This document shows, in pieces, positions 39,947-52,852 of a stretch of 63,913 nt of DNA. The DNA lies in assembly GCA_033442325.1 (NCBI GenBank), contig JAWQFM010000018.1, positions 851,813 to 915,725 of the forward strand. The letters are read 5' to 3'. The first letter of the stretch is position 1. Each line of letters begins with the position of its first letter. Origin of the DNA: Salpingoeca rosetta (Eukaryota > Protista > Choanoflagellata). The translations under genes were made by a program, and so were the position numbers. A model generated the notes under the pieces. It had not been told where the DNA came from, ran no database searches, and saw only the letters and a program-made list of their open reading frames with translations.

Positions 39947-40020
39947 TGTTTCCGTCCGGGCTCGAACCGGAGACCTTCAGTGTGTTAGACTGATGTGATA
40001 GCCAACTACACCACGGAAAC
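39947..40020 (-). tRNA. tRNA-Val(AAC)
   Basis: GTTTCCGTGGTGTAGTTGGCTATCACATCAGTCTAACACACTGAAGGTCTCCGGTTCGAGCCCGGACGGAAACA: acceptor stem GTTTCCG/CGGAAAC, anticodon loop CT-AAC-AC, T-loop GGTTCGAG. Confidence 0.96.
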
Positions 40021-40082
40021 AACTCTTGTTGTTGGGAATGGAGAAATTTATGTATATGAAAACAAATCGACTTGGGGTTTGG

Positions 40083-40147
<65 letters not shown>

Positions 40148-40521
40148 GTCAGAGAGTGTGTGTGTGTGTGTGTGACAGGACGCGTGTGAGTGTGAGCGTG
40201 TGTGTGTGAATGAGTTCGGACAGAATGTGAATAGGAGTGGAGTACCTCACTTCCTCGTGGCGGTGGTGTACGCCGGTGCTGTTACGATTCAAGGGAGTAA
40301 GCCATACGAGAGTACACTGAGCACAACACAGTTAAGAAAAATAAAATAATATCAACATGCACAACGCAGACGCGACGAGTCGTGTCAGGATGGGGATCGT
40401 CCGTGACTCGTCCAACACCAGAAGAGTCCGAAAAGAACTGCAGGTCTGGGTGAATGTAGTTTGTATGAGCGGACGGACGTAGTGATAGGCATAAAGAAAT
40501 AACAGTATTACGTGCAATGGC

Positions 40522-40621
40522 NNNNNNNNNNNNNNNNNNNNNNNNNNNNNNNNNNNNNNNNNNNNNNNNNNNNNNNNNNNNNNNNNNNNNNNNNNNNNNN
40601 NNNNNNNNNNNNNNNNNNNNN
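40522..40621. other. Assembly gap (100 N)
   Basis: N run. Confidence 1.
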
Positions 40622-40631
40622 GGTTGGTTGG

Positions 40632-40695
<64 letters not shown>

Positions 40696-41208
40696 CTGTC
40701 ACTCGCGCACACAACCACACATTCCCCCATCCCCCCCCACCCAACACATCCCGAACCCACAACCCGCTTTGAGAGTGATTTTTTTTTTTTGCTCATGAGC
40801 AGAGCAGCATAATCGGAAGAGGGGTAGACCCATCAACGAAGAATGTGTCGTGGGTTGGGGAAGAGTTGTGGTGATGGCCACAGAAAAGAGAGAAACAAGA
40901 AGCGAGGTCAACCAACAACGACAAAACCACCTATGCCTTGCTTGGAGTTGAGAGGAGGGGGAACGATAAGGAGGGGGGGGGGAGTTGTGAAAAGTACACC
41001 GGGGAAAACATACGCCAGCAACCAAAACCGATTCGATGCACGACACGCAAAGGTCTACCAAGCACACGCACGCACTCATTCGCACACGCATGCATGCACA
41101 CATTCGCACGCAAAATGCACGCACACATGCACGCCCAGGCACACGCACGCCCCTGCACGGTCAACACAAACAACTGCTGCTACTATGTGCAACCTGACAC
41201 GCGCGCGC

Positions 41209-42993
41209 TCACATCTTGGAGGGCATGCCAAAGCGCTGGAGAAAGTCCTTGTGGAAGGAGGTGAAGAGGTCGATGACACGCGGCATCTGCTCCTCGGCGG
41301 GGAGGATGGTGGTGCGGAAGTGGAAGGTGCCCTCCTCCTGGCCAAAGCCAGACCCGGGCACAGCGCAGATGCCCGTGGCATGCAGCAGCTCCAGGCAGTA
41401 GAAGAGGTCTGGGCCCATGTCCTTCTTCTCGGCCTCCTTCACCGCAGCCTCTGGCAGGCGCACACGCGGGAACGCATACAACGCGCCCTGCAAGAGAAGC
41501 ACAGGGCGACCAGTTGAAAAATAAATGTGTGGGGAGGGGAGGGCAAGGGAGGAAGAAGGGAACAGAGTTGATGTGTATTGCAGAGTCACGATGAAGAGCA
41601 CAGACGCAGCAGCTCTCGAGCACACAGCACAAAAGTGCACATACACGCACACACACACACACAAGCATGCGTGCACATACCCCATGCACACACGCACAAA
41701 TACAGACACACACACACACAAATACACTCATACACACATGCACGCATACACACACAACACACAGAAATACACAACACATACACACAGAAATACATAACAC
41801 ATACATACACACACATATACACACACCTCGACGTTCTGGCAGGAGACGCCGGGGAGGGCGTTGAAGGCGTTGGAGATCATCTCGGCGCGGCGCTTGAGGG
41901 ACTGGAAGATGGCATCGCACTCCTGCTCGTACTGCTCGTACGAGGCGTCGCCGGGCTTGGGCGGGTTGCACATGAGGCCCATCATGAGCTGGCCGTCAAC
42001 GTTGGACGACAGGCCGATGGAGAACACCTTGTACAGCTGGTCCAACGCGCCCGGGTGGATGTTGGTGGCCTCCAGGTACCCGCCGCGGCGGCCGCACTCG
42101 CCAAACACGCCCTTGGACACGGTGTGGAAGGAAATGAGCTCGACATTCTTGCCCTCGTCGCCCATCTCCGTCACCACCTTCTTGAAGGAGATGAAGGGGC
42201 GGGAGCCGTAGACGTTGGTCTGGTACACCTCGTCCGCAAGGAGCACGACGCGGTTGACGGCGGCCCAGCGGGCAATCTCCTCCATGTTCTCGCGAGAGAG
42301 CACCTGGCCGGTCGGGTTGCCCGGGTTGATGACGACGAGCGCGCGCACGGTGAGGCCGCGCTCCTTGGCGTCGGCGACCACCTCGTTGAGGTTGTCGATG
42401 GACAGGGACCAGCCCTGCTCCTCCTGCAGGCCGTAGCCGAGGATGACGCCGCCAAGCAGGGCAACGGAGGCAGAGTACAGCGGGTATTGCGGGGTGGGCA
42501 GGAGGATGCCATCCTTCTGGTCGCGGATGAGCATGTTCAGGCAGCGCTGGATGGCGGGGGAGGCGCCGTCGCTGAGGAAGATGTGTTCTGGGTTGGCCGG
42601 GTGCCCGTCACGGCGGGCGATGAAGTCGGCCACCTCCTGGCGCACGTACATGTTGCCGCGCGAGTCCTGGTATGCGCCGGAGCCACCGGGGAGGTTGTCC
42701 AGGTACTTCTTTGCACGCGCGATGGCGTCCTCGGGGAACAGCTTGCCCACGTCGGGGTGCTCCAGCAGCTGCGGGCATGTGACCAGGGAGATGACCTGGC
42801 GCGGGAAGGTGATGGGCTTCTGGCCAAGGGACTGCGGGTTGCCGATGTTGGTGAAGATGACTTCCTTGCCGCTCGCCTTGCGCTTCTGCGCCTCAATGTA
42901 GATGGTGCCGCGCACGGCATAGTGGGAGGCGATCACAAACTGGTTGATGCGGCCTTCAGGGTGCAGCACGGCGTCGGGGCGGGGATCCGTCAT
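41209..42993 (-). CDS. Alanine aminotransferase family, glutamate:glyoxylate aminotransferase (GGAT)-like, with PTS1 -SKM; exons 42993-41827 and 41487-41209
   Basis: YAVRG, EVIFTNIGNPQSLGQKPITFPRQV, PQYPLYSA, INPGNPTGQVL, ADEVYQ, PLP-lysine motif SFHTVSKGVFGECGRRGGY, VPGSGFGQEEGTFHFRTTILP; ends FGMPSKM*. Confidence 0.93.
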
Positions 42994-43673
42994 CTTTGCT
43001 GTTTGTTGTGGTCGCAGAAAAGGAGGAGGAGGAGGAGGAGGAGGGGAAGTGTAAGAGGGGAGTGTAAGGCGGGTGTAAGGGGGGAGGGAGCACTTGATAG
43101 ACTGTGAGAGAGTGTGTGTGTGAGAGCGTGGGGTGGTTGATGTGAGCGTGGGTGGAGTGGATGGAGATCACACACGAGCACAAGAGAGAAGTGAGAGAGG
43201 AAGGAAGTGAAAGTTGGCTGCTGATGCGCTTGTGGCTGGACGAAGAAAGGCGGATGTTGCGGCAAGTTGGTGGGGTGGTACGATGATTTGCGAAAGATGC
43301 GCGCCACAATTCGACATGGGCTTGGTTGATAAATGGCGACGTTCGCCTTGAAAGTTGCTGGGTGATTGTCGACCACCTGTAGCCCGAGACGTTAAAGGGT
43401 GCAAATCTGCGGTGTGGTGTGCGGGTTGGAATCCTGCATGCAGGAATGGGGTGTTGATCTGGGTGTCCGACTGAGGCGACTCTCACCACGGACGTCACCA
43501 CGGAGGTGGAGGCGCCCGGGGCGATAATGAGGCCCGCACCGGCGTAGGCTGGCAACAGAGCACGCAAAAGGGCCCGGGGCTGCCAGCAGTGGGATAGCAC
43601 TCGTGAGCTTCAGCCTGCTTGTAGCCTTCCCAATACCATCGCGCTTTCTTTTTTTTTTTTGTCGTTATCTGCA

Positions 43674-43749
<76 letters not shown>

Positions 43750-43849
43750 NNNNNNNNNNNNNNNNNNNNNNNNNNNNNNNNNNNNNNNNNNNNNNNNNNN
43801 NNNNNNNNNNNNNNNNNNNNNNNNNNNNNNNNNNNNNNNNNNNNNNNNN
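43750..43849. other. Assembly gap (100 N) inside a (GT)n array
   Basis: N run. Confidence 1.
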
Positions 43850-43926
<77 letters not shown>

Positions 43927-44143
43927 ATCTGTGAATGATGATGACTGTTTCTGTTCTTGTGTTTGGTCTCGTTTCTTGTCATTTCCTTCGAGTTGTGTAC
44001 TATCTCTCTCGTTGGCCCCTCAATTCTCTGTCTCCAACGCACACAATACGCACACACACACGCAACACACACACACACACACGTGCACACCATGCACACA
44101 ACACGCATACACGCAACACACACACACACCACATAATCCTGCG

Positions 44144-44438
44144 TCACTTCTGGGAGCCGCTGAGAACAATGTGCGCCTTGCCCGTCTGCTCCTGGTGCTT
44201 GCGCAGGCCAACCACAGAGCCCAGCGGCGTGTCCTCGGAGCTCATCTTCAGCAAGGCCTCCTCCTGCTGGCGCTTGCGGAGCTTCTTCTCCGTCTTCATG
44301 CGCCCAGAGGTCTTGCCGTGGAACTGGTGCGACATGTACGTAAACGCCTCCTTCGGCGTCAGCTCCCGGCCCGTGTTGTCCGTGTACGACAAGCGGAAGC
44401 TCGGCTGGTACCCGCGCTTCTCAAACGGATCCCTGCAG

Positions 44439-44531
<93 letters not shown>

Positions 44532-46308
44532 GGGACGGGTGTGAGTGTGTGCGTGTGTGTTTGATTGAGTTCGGAGAGAAGGTGAAGAGGAGTGGAGTAT
44601 CTCAATTCGTCGTGGTGGTGGTGTTGGTGGTGGTGTTATGAGTTGAAGGAAGAAGGCCATAGCGAAGATACAACGCAGCACAAACACAATTAAAAAAAAA
44701 AAAAAGAAGCGCACGCAGCACAGACACAGACACAACAAACAGCATCAAGACAAGCACCAACACCGACACCTCCAACACCACAAAAGCGCCCAACTGACCC
44801 CCTGTCTCTGTCGCGTCGGCTGTCACGGCGCCAGTCGCGGGAGCTGCGCGAATCACGACCGTGGTCGTCGTCCTCGGGTCCGTGCTCCTCCTGCTGTGCG
44901 TTCTTGCTCGTCAGCTCGGCCAGGCGGGACGCCGTCGCTTCCTCTTGCTGCTGTTGCTGCTTCTTCTTCTTCTGTGCAAGGTAGCCCTTGCGCAGGGCAA
45001 GGTTCAGGGCTGCCGTCACGCTCGAGCCCACGTTGCCTTCCTCGCCAAGCACAGGCGTGTCATCCACCTCCGTCTTGCGCTCCGCGTGCTCAGCATCTGT
45101 CGTGGCCTGGTCGGTCGTGAAACTGCTCTGGAAGTAGCGTCCCGTGCCATCGCCATCACCACCCTCTTCAGCCTTGTCCTCGCCAGTCTCCATAGCTGCT
45201 GCTGCTGCTGATGATGCTGATGATGACGACGATGCTGGCGCTGCCGGTACGGGCGGAGCGCTCGTCTCTGTCGCTCCTGCTGTTGCTGTTGCTGTTGCTG
45301 ACGATGAAGAGCCCTGCTTGTTTCGCTTGCGGGGCTGGTCGTCATCTTTGCTGTTGGCGCCAATGCCGCGCACAAATTCGCTCATCGTCGAGAACACAAC
45401 ACCGCCGCCAGCACTCGACCCTGCTCCAAAACACGCGACGGTGGCAGATGGGTGGTGTGAGACAGGGGAGCAGTGTTTGGACTTGAGGAGGGGAGATGGA
45501 AGCGGAATGGGTTGCATCAGAAGCATGAAAGAAGCAGCCCTGCACACATGCACAGACAACCATACAGACACATGTGCACACGCAAAGAATCATATACAAC
45601 TACACATGCACATACACATGTGCACACGCACCGTTGTTGTTCTCCTTGGACTTTTTCACCGCAGCATCAAGCAGCTCCGTGACTGCGCAGTGACACCAAT
45701 ATGTGCACATGATGAATGTGGAAATTAGGGAAAAGGGTAAGGGAGCGTGATGCATGGGAACGAAAATCACGCAACCGTCAAGTTGTGATGAGCAGCGAGA
45801 CAAACGCAGAGAGAGTGAGAGATAGAGAGATAGATAGAGTGAGTGAGTGAGTGAGTGAGTGAGTGAGTGAGTGAGTGAGTGAGTGAGTGAGTGAGTGAGT
45901 GAGTGAGTGAGTGAGTGAGTGAGTGAGTGAGTGAGTGAGTGAGACAGAGAGACAGAGAGAGCCGTGACGGTCAAGCTGTGCGTGTGCGCGTGCGTGTTCA
46001 CAAACATGAGAGTAACGCACCGTCTTTCTTCTTGTATGCGTTCTTGCGTGCGCGGCGTGCGCGTGTGAGCGACGCCTGCAGTTCGGCCTCAAGCTCCCGC
46101 TCTGCCGCTTCCAGCTCCGCATCTGTCCATATGGCGTAAAAGGGGAGAGGGGTGAAATCAATGGTTAGCACGAGCAAGGTTTAAGGGTTAGCACGAGCAA
46201 GGTTTAAGGAAGAGGAAGAGAGAGACAGGGAGGGAGGGAGAGAGGGAAGGGGGCTTTCACGAACACGCACGCACGCACACACACAAGCACACACACACAC
46301 ACATACAC

Positions 46309-46390
<82 letters not shown>

Positions 46391-47785
46391 ACACACACAC
46401 ACGCACGCACGCACGCACCGTTTGCTTGGTTGAGAATATCCTCCTCATCGCGAACAGCGTGCGACACATCGGCGCCCGTCTGATGAACAGTGATGACACA
46501 CAGATTTGGGTATGGCGAGGGTGTGAGGGGTAGACATCGAGTGGTTTCAGAGACCAGTCCGATCACCAAACATGCACACACGCACACATGCACACATGCA
46601 CACATGCACACATGCACACACACATGCACAAACCTCCATTGTGTCGCCTTCTGCCTCTGGTTGACTGAAGATTGGATGAGCAGTCACGCACAAACGCAGA
46701 GCAGCGTGAGACGAGATGGAGCCGGAAGCCACAAGGCACGGATACACACACGCGCACGCACGCGCACAAGGACATGTACGTGGCTCACGTCTGCTCTTCC
46801 TCGTCGTCAAGGCCAAGCAGGTCGTCCGCACGCACGCGCTGGCGGCGGTGGTGGGTGATAGGTGGTGGTGGTGGCGGTGGGAACGGCAGGAAACCCAGGC
46901 GAGAAGGCGAGCGTAAGTTGCACAAGAGGCAACAATGTATGTGTGTGTGTGCATGTGTGCATGCGTGTGTGTGTATATGTGTATGTGTGTGCATGTGTGC
47001 ATGTGTGTGCACACGACGCAAGTACAGCGAGGCAAGTACAGCGTGGTGAGCACGGCGCCTACCCGTGTCTTCTTGCGGCCCTTTGCCTTCCTCTTCTTCC
47101 GCTTCTTCTTGAACTTCTCCATCTCCTCCTCCGTGTAGAAATCGCTCACAGCCTAAACCCAATGGAAAATGACAGGGTTGCAGTGTGGGTGTATGAGTGG
47201 TGTGTGTATGAGTGATGTGTGCATGATATGTGCGTGCGCGTGCGTGTGTGCGCATGTAAGTGTGTGCGTGCGTGTTACGTGTGCACATGTGTGATGTGTG
47301 GACATGCGTGTGCCATGTGCATCGGAGGTGTCGTACGTTGTGCTTAAACTCGAGGGATTCAGCCTGCAGGAGCCGCTGGCGCACTTCCTCCTTGCGCTGC
47401 TCCTCACTGCTCTTCTCATCCTGAGATGTGGTGGTGGTGATGATGGCGGGTAAGGTAAGGGGTAACCACTCTCATTTACAAACACACACACACCATACTG
47501 AGCGAGGCAATTGCACGAACCTCAAAGCCGATTCTGAAGGTTTTTGTTTCCTTGAGCTTCTTGTCGCCCGTGAGCGAATCAATGTCGTCGTATTTGTCCA
47601 GAACACTCTTCTTTTTCTGCACACACACACACACATACACACATACACACATACACACACGCACGCACATGTCAAAGGTTGGGGTGGTGGAGGAGGAAGC
47701 GCAGTGAGCGGTGAGAAAGAGGGCAAGTTGAACGGACGTGAGTCGAGTTGCATTGTCTAGAAGAGTGCAGATAGAAACACCCACC

Positions 47786-47833
<48 letters not shown>

Positions 47834-49489
47834 TACACACACGCACACACGCACACACACACACACACTCGCTCTCTCTCTCTCTCATTCCCCTATTCAT
47901 TCCCCTCCCTCCGCCCGCACTCTCCAAGACCATGGGTGCCCCACCAGGCCGAGCAGGGTGTCTTCGTCGTCGTCGTCCAGCCCGCGCTTTGGATCGTAAC
48001 CGCCACTGCGCTGCGCCTCCGCAACCCGCCGCTTCGCCTGGACAGACAGGTGGTGGTGGTCGTGGTGGTGGCGGCAGTGGTCGTGGTGTTGATATGTGGT
48101 GTCGTGTGTTAGTCGTGTTGTCGTTGATACGTGGTGAGTGAGTGAGTGAGTGAGTGAGTGAGTGAATGAGTGAGCGAGTGAGTGAGTGAGTGAGTGAGTG
48201 AGTGAGTGAGTGAGTGAGTGAGTGAGTGAGTAGGTAAGTGAGTGAGTGGGAGAGAACGGAAGGAAGGGAAGCTGTACGTGCTGTGAATGGGCAGCAGCAG
48301 CAGGAGTTATAGTGCCATGACGCAGGTGATCTCGACAACAGGGGCGCAACGCGGATAAAGTGGCTCACGTGCTCATCCTCGGCAATGTTGACGTTGACAA
48401 GAACATCTTCCTCGTCGTCATCCAGCACACCTGCACACACGCACACACGCACGCGCGCGCACATAGCATGGAGAACACGCATGGTGAACACATGACGAGC
48501 ACCGCGTCCATACGAGAGGGCGAGAAGTGGATCGATACATACCCACACATGCGCATATGTACACATACACACATGCACACATATCACACATCTTCATACA
48601 AAGCACACATGTGCATACGCATTGAGACATGTGCGCACCCCTGTCTTCGAGGGTGAGGATGGTCTGTGCGCCCTCCTGGAACTGGTCCAAGTCGTGGCGC
48701 ACTGTCATGCCGCGTAGATCCGTCGACGTGTACTGATTGGTTCACGCACGACCCACAGTCACGCAGTGCAGAAGGAAGGGGTGGAGGAGCAGCAGGTGAG
48801 TTGGCATGGCACCAGCACCAACGTTGACTTCAAAGACAACGTTGGCTGTACAAACACACACGCACGCACACACGCACACACGCACGCACACATATGCGCA
48901 CACACACACGCACACATTCACACACATACATACACACCTCCTCTTGTTTGATGGTTGGGTTCTTGCTGCCCTTGCGCTTCCTGCTGCTGCCGCCGGCGCT
49001 GGCGCTGGCGCTTGAGCTTCCAGTGAGCTGCTCATCCATATCCTGGAGCATCTTTGCCTGCCGCTGCGCCTGTTTCTTGGCACGGCTGCGTTTCACCCAC
49101 GCCGCCGCGCTGTCATCGTCGTCGTCGGCCTCGCCCAGCGTCTTGACAGATCGCAGCTTGGCCTCCACCGACCGCTTCTCCTTGCGCTCCTTCAGCTTGT
49201 CGCGCAACTGCAGTGGTGACAGCGTGAGCACAGTGAGCTTTGGTCGGCACGCGGGCTGAGACGCGATGCAGCCACAACAAACAGCACAGCGAGACGAACG
49301 TGTCTCGGACACGAACAGTGACGCATGCATGACAAACAAACCTCGGCCTCGCGCTGCTTCTCTCCAGGTACAACTGGCGCTAGGAGCACGTCCGTCTCCA
49401 TGGAGCTCTGCCCTGGCTTTGCCTCTCTTGGCTCTGTTATGAAGACAACCAGCAATTGTCATTGTGTGAGTCAAGTCACGCCACCCATG

Positions 49490-49587
<98 letters not shown>

Positions 49588-49904
49588 GCGAAGCGAGGTA
49601 CAACTGTGCGATGGACGTACCATCATCGCCACGCAGTGGAGCGAGACCGAGCTTGGCACGAAGAGCATTGCTCTCCTCCACATTGAGGGAAATCTCCTCA
49701 GCCGCTGCAAGGGGGTGATTGTGAGTGAGACAGCAGTTGGTGAGCAGCAAACATATACAATGGCGTACACGTGTCGCGTGTGCTTTGTGCTCGTCGCACA
49801 CCGCCTGTCTTTCCGTGCACAACCCACACCCACAATCACAACCACATCTACCCATCCACCATCCATCTAACCCATCCACCCACCACCATCCACTCACATG
49901 ACAT
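44144..49904 (-). CDS. SART1: U4/U6.U5 tri-snRNP-associated protein 1 (SART1/Snu66)
   Basis: MS|[24 protein letters not shown] (HIND motif), VKTLGE..SAAAWV, GMTVRHD..ILTLED|[33 protein letters not shown]-terminal [34 protein letters not shown]...MSSEDTPL. Confidence 0.95.
45838..45942. repeat. (GAGT)n tetranucleotide microsatellite in a SART1 intron
   Basis: Directly visible. A similar array lies at about 48135-48245. Confidence 0.9.
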
Positions 49905-50012
49905 GATGGCTGGCTGGTTGGTTTGCGCGTCCTCTTCTTCCTGCTCTTCTCTTCTTGCTGCTCCTTGCTTGTTGCTTGTTTGCTTGTGTTCTTTGTGGGC
50001 GTTCGCAAGAAA

Positions 50013-50024
50013 GTCAATTTTGCC
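50013..50024. promoter_or_regulatory. Candidate promoter motif GTCAATTTTGCC in the SART1/PSPH divergent promoter
   Basis: Exact match to the motif at 8304 and 34005. Confidence 0.65.
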
Positions 50025-50068
50025 TTTGAAAGGGAAACTTGCGTTTGCCAACCAGCGAAGGACTGCCA

Positions 50069-51328
50069 ATGCCCAAGATAAGCGCAGAGGAAGTGAGGGT
50101 GGCACTGCGCAGCCACGAGTGCGTGTGCATTGACGTGGACAGCACAGCATGCACGGATGAAGGCATCGACGTGCTCGCAGAGGCAGCAGGTTGCGGCCAG
50201 GAAGTGGCAGACTGGTTCGTCTACGTGTGTGTGTGTGTGTTTGGGGGGATAGAGAGAGGGTGGGAGAGAGGGTGGAGGGAGAGCGTGGTTTCTTGTGTTA
50301 TTGTGTGCGTGCGTGGATGTCGTGCGCTTTCTCGTTTCTGAACTGCACAACTCTTCGCTTTCTGACCCACAGCCCCTCTCACTCACCGCCACACACCCTC
50401 TCACTCAATCCACAACACACGTTGTCTCATATACTCACCCACGTGTGTACAGGACGAGAAAGGCGATGGGTGGGAACGTGACGTTTCAAGAGTCTTTCGC
50501 AGCACGCTTGAACATCATCAAGCCCACGACTGACCTGGTTGGTACCAGGAGAACAGCATGCACACGTGTTTGCATACGCCATGGACGTGCAGTGCTGGGT
50601 CTTTTCTCTTGCGGCGTCGCTCACTCTCTATTTTTTCCTTTCCCACTCACCCTCGTGCAACACCACCTGAACTCACGCAGCTCACACTTGTTGTTATCCT
50701 TTTGCTTCTCTGCTGTCCTCGCACGCTCGTAGATCAGCAGAGTTGTGGCTCGCGGTCCAAGTCTGACTCCTGGCGTCAAGTAAGTGTTTCACACTCGTCA
50801 GCTTGTTGTCTGACTTTGTTCCGAGCAGACGCCCTCACGCTGCCCTGCATGCTTGTACGCTCATGCTTTGCAGGGAGTTTGTGGAACAACTGCACGCCCT
50901 GGACAAGAAAGTGTACCTCATCTCAGGTTCGTGCTTTGAGCTTCAACTGCTCGGCTGCCTTTCTTGTCCTCTCCACAAACACACACACACACATGCAAAC
51001 ACACACACACACATGCACACTCACGCACGCACACACACACACACACACGCTCAAACACACATGGCAGGCGGTATCCGCGACCTTGTTGCGCCCGTTGCCG
51101 ATGCGCTGTCCATCCCGCGCGACCGCATCTTTGCAAACGTCCTCCATGTGAGTGCACACCTGCTCATGGCTGCTCGTGGCTGCTCGTGGCTGCTCGTGGC
51201 TGTTGTGCTGATTGCTATCGTCGCCGCTGCCGTGTTGTCGCCGTCACTGTCTGTATCGTGTCGTGATGGGCGTCGTTGCTGTTCTTCGTCGTTGCGGTTC
51301 ATGTCACACCACACCCCAACCCCCTCAT

Positions 51329-51420
<92 letters not shown>

Positions 51421-51769
51421 GTGCGTGTGTGCGTGTGCGTGTGTGCGTGTGTGCGTGTGCGTGTGTGCGTGTGTGTGTGTTGGCAGTTCAACGACGCTGG
51501 TGAGTACACACATTTTGACGAGACACAGCCCACTTCGCGCTCTGGCGGGAAACCAGAGGCAATTCACGCCATCAAGCAGCGGCCAGGCCACGATAGGTGT
51601 GTGCGTGCGTGCGTGCGTGTGTGTGTGTGTGTGCAATCATGCGTCAGGTCTCTCCTTGCTCTGATCTCATGCGCGTGTGTGTGTGTGTGGTTGCGCTGCA
51701 GGGTTGTGATGATTGGCGACGGCGTCACGGACATGGAGGCTCGCCCACCAGCGGTGAGTGCGATAGTGT

Positions 51770-51812
<43 letters not shown>

Positions 51813-52139
51813 TGTGTCTGTGTGTCTGTGTCTGTGTGCTGCTCAACCGCACCCATGTCACTTCCGTACCTTTCTTGATTGTAGGACCTGTTCATTGGAT
51901 TTGGTGGCAACGTCGTGAGGGAGAAGGCAAGTGGAGGATGGTAGGGGGTGGGCATGGTGGTGCAACGCAGAAGAGTCGGGGTGTGATACGCCAGGCTCAC
52001 TCATTCACTTGCGTCACACCTCGCTCACTCTTGATGAGCCATGCTTCGCCTCTGCTTTGTACGTGTGCAGGTGCAAGCTGGCTGCGATTTCTTCGCAACG
52101 GACTTTGACATGCTCACCACCATGCTCAAGGAACAATGA
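50069..52139 (+). CDS. PSPH: Phosphoserine phosphatase (HAD family)
   Basis: VCIDVDST (motif I), [24 protein letters not shown]|EFV, VYLISG|[32 protein letters not shown]|[14 protein letters not shown]|[12 protein letters not shown]. Confidence 0.95.
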
Positions 52140-52820
52140 TGCAAATGCATGCGACGTGATGTGATGCGTCATGGATGGATGGATGGATGGATGGACGGTC
52201 GCGGAGTCAAGCTGAATTGCATTCAAGTTCGTTCGTTCGTTCGTTCGTTCGTTCATTCATTTGTTAGTTTGGGGTCGCGCTTTGGCTGCCACGTAAGCAA
52301 ACACATTTTCGTTCATGTCAGGCGAGGTGAGAATGTGTGTGTGTGGTCACTCCCTGGTCTCTTCAGGGTGCATGTGGTTGACTGTTGGTTGGCGCTGTCA
52401 CCATCACTGCCACTGCTGCTGGGTGCGTTTCTTGATGGGCACAACAAACTTGAACGATGAAAGTGACTGGTCAACAAACGATAAACCACACACCACAAAC
52501 ACGCAGTCATTTCACAAAGCCATGGCTAACGCACGAGCAACAACGCTAATAACGACAACGCCAACAACAACACACCACAGCACAGCAATGGAAATGCACA
52601 AATCAAACCACGCCGCTTGACACGGTCGTGTTGTGCTTGTGTGCGCGTGTTGTGTGTGTTGTGTGTGTTGTGTGTGTATGAGCTGACGCATGCATGCAGA
52701 ACAAGAGACGCAAACTCGCATCCATTGCCAGCAGGCACGCAAAACACAAACGCACACACGCACACACACACACACGAACACATGAACACGCACACGGACA
52801 CACGCAAGGGCGCGGTGAAT

Positions 52821-52852
<32 letters not shown>

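Noticed and set aside
41578-43107. 509-aa + strand ORF antisense to the aminotransferase
   Set aside because: Shadow ORF caused by strong GC3 codon bias on the opposite strand. It starts in a CA repeat and has no motifs.
43200-43640. GC-rich non-repetitive region upstream of the aminotransferase as a possible riboswitch or ncRNA
   Set aside because: No recognisable conserved motif or convincing stem pattern. Most likely promoter sequence.
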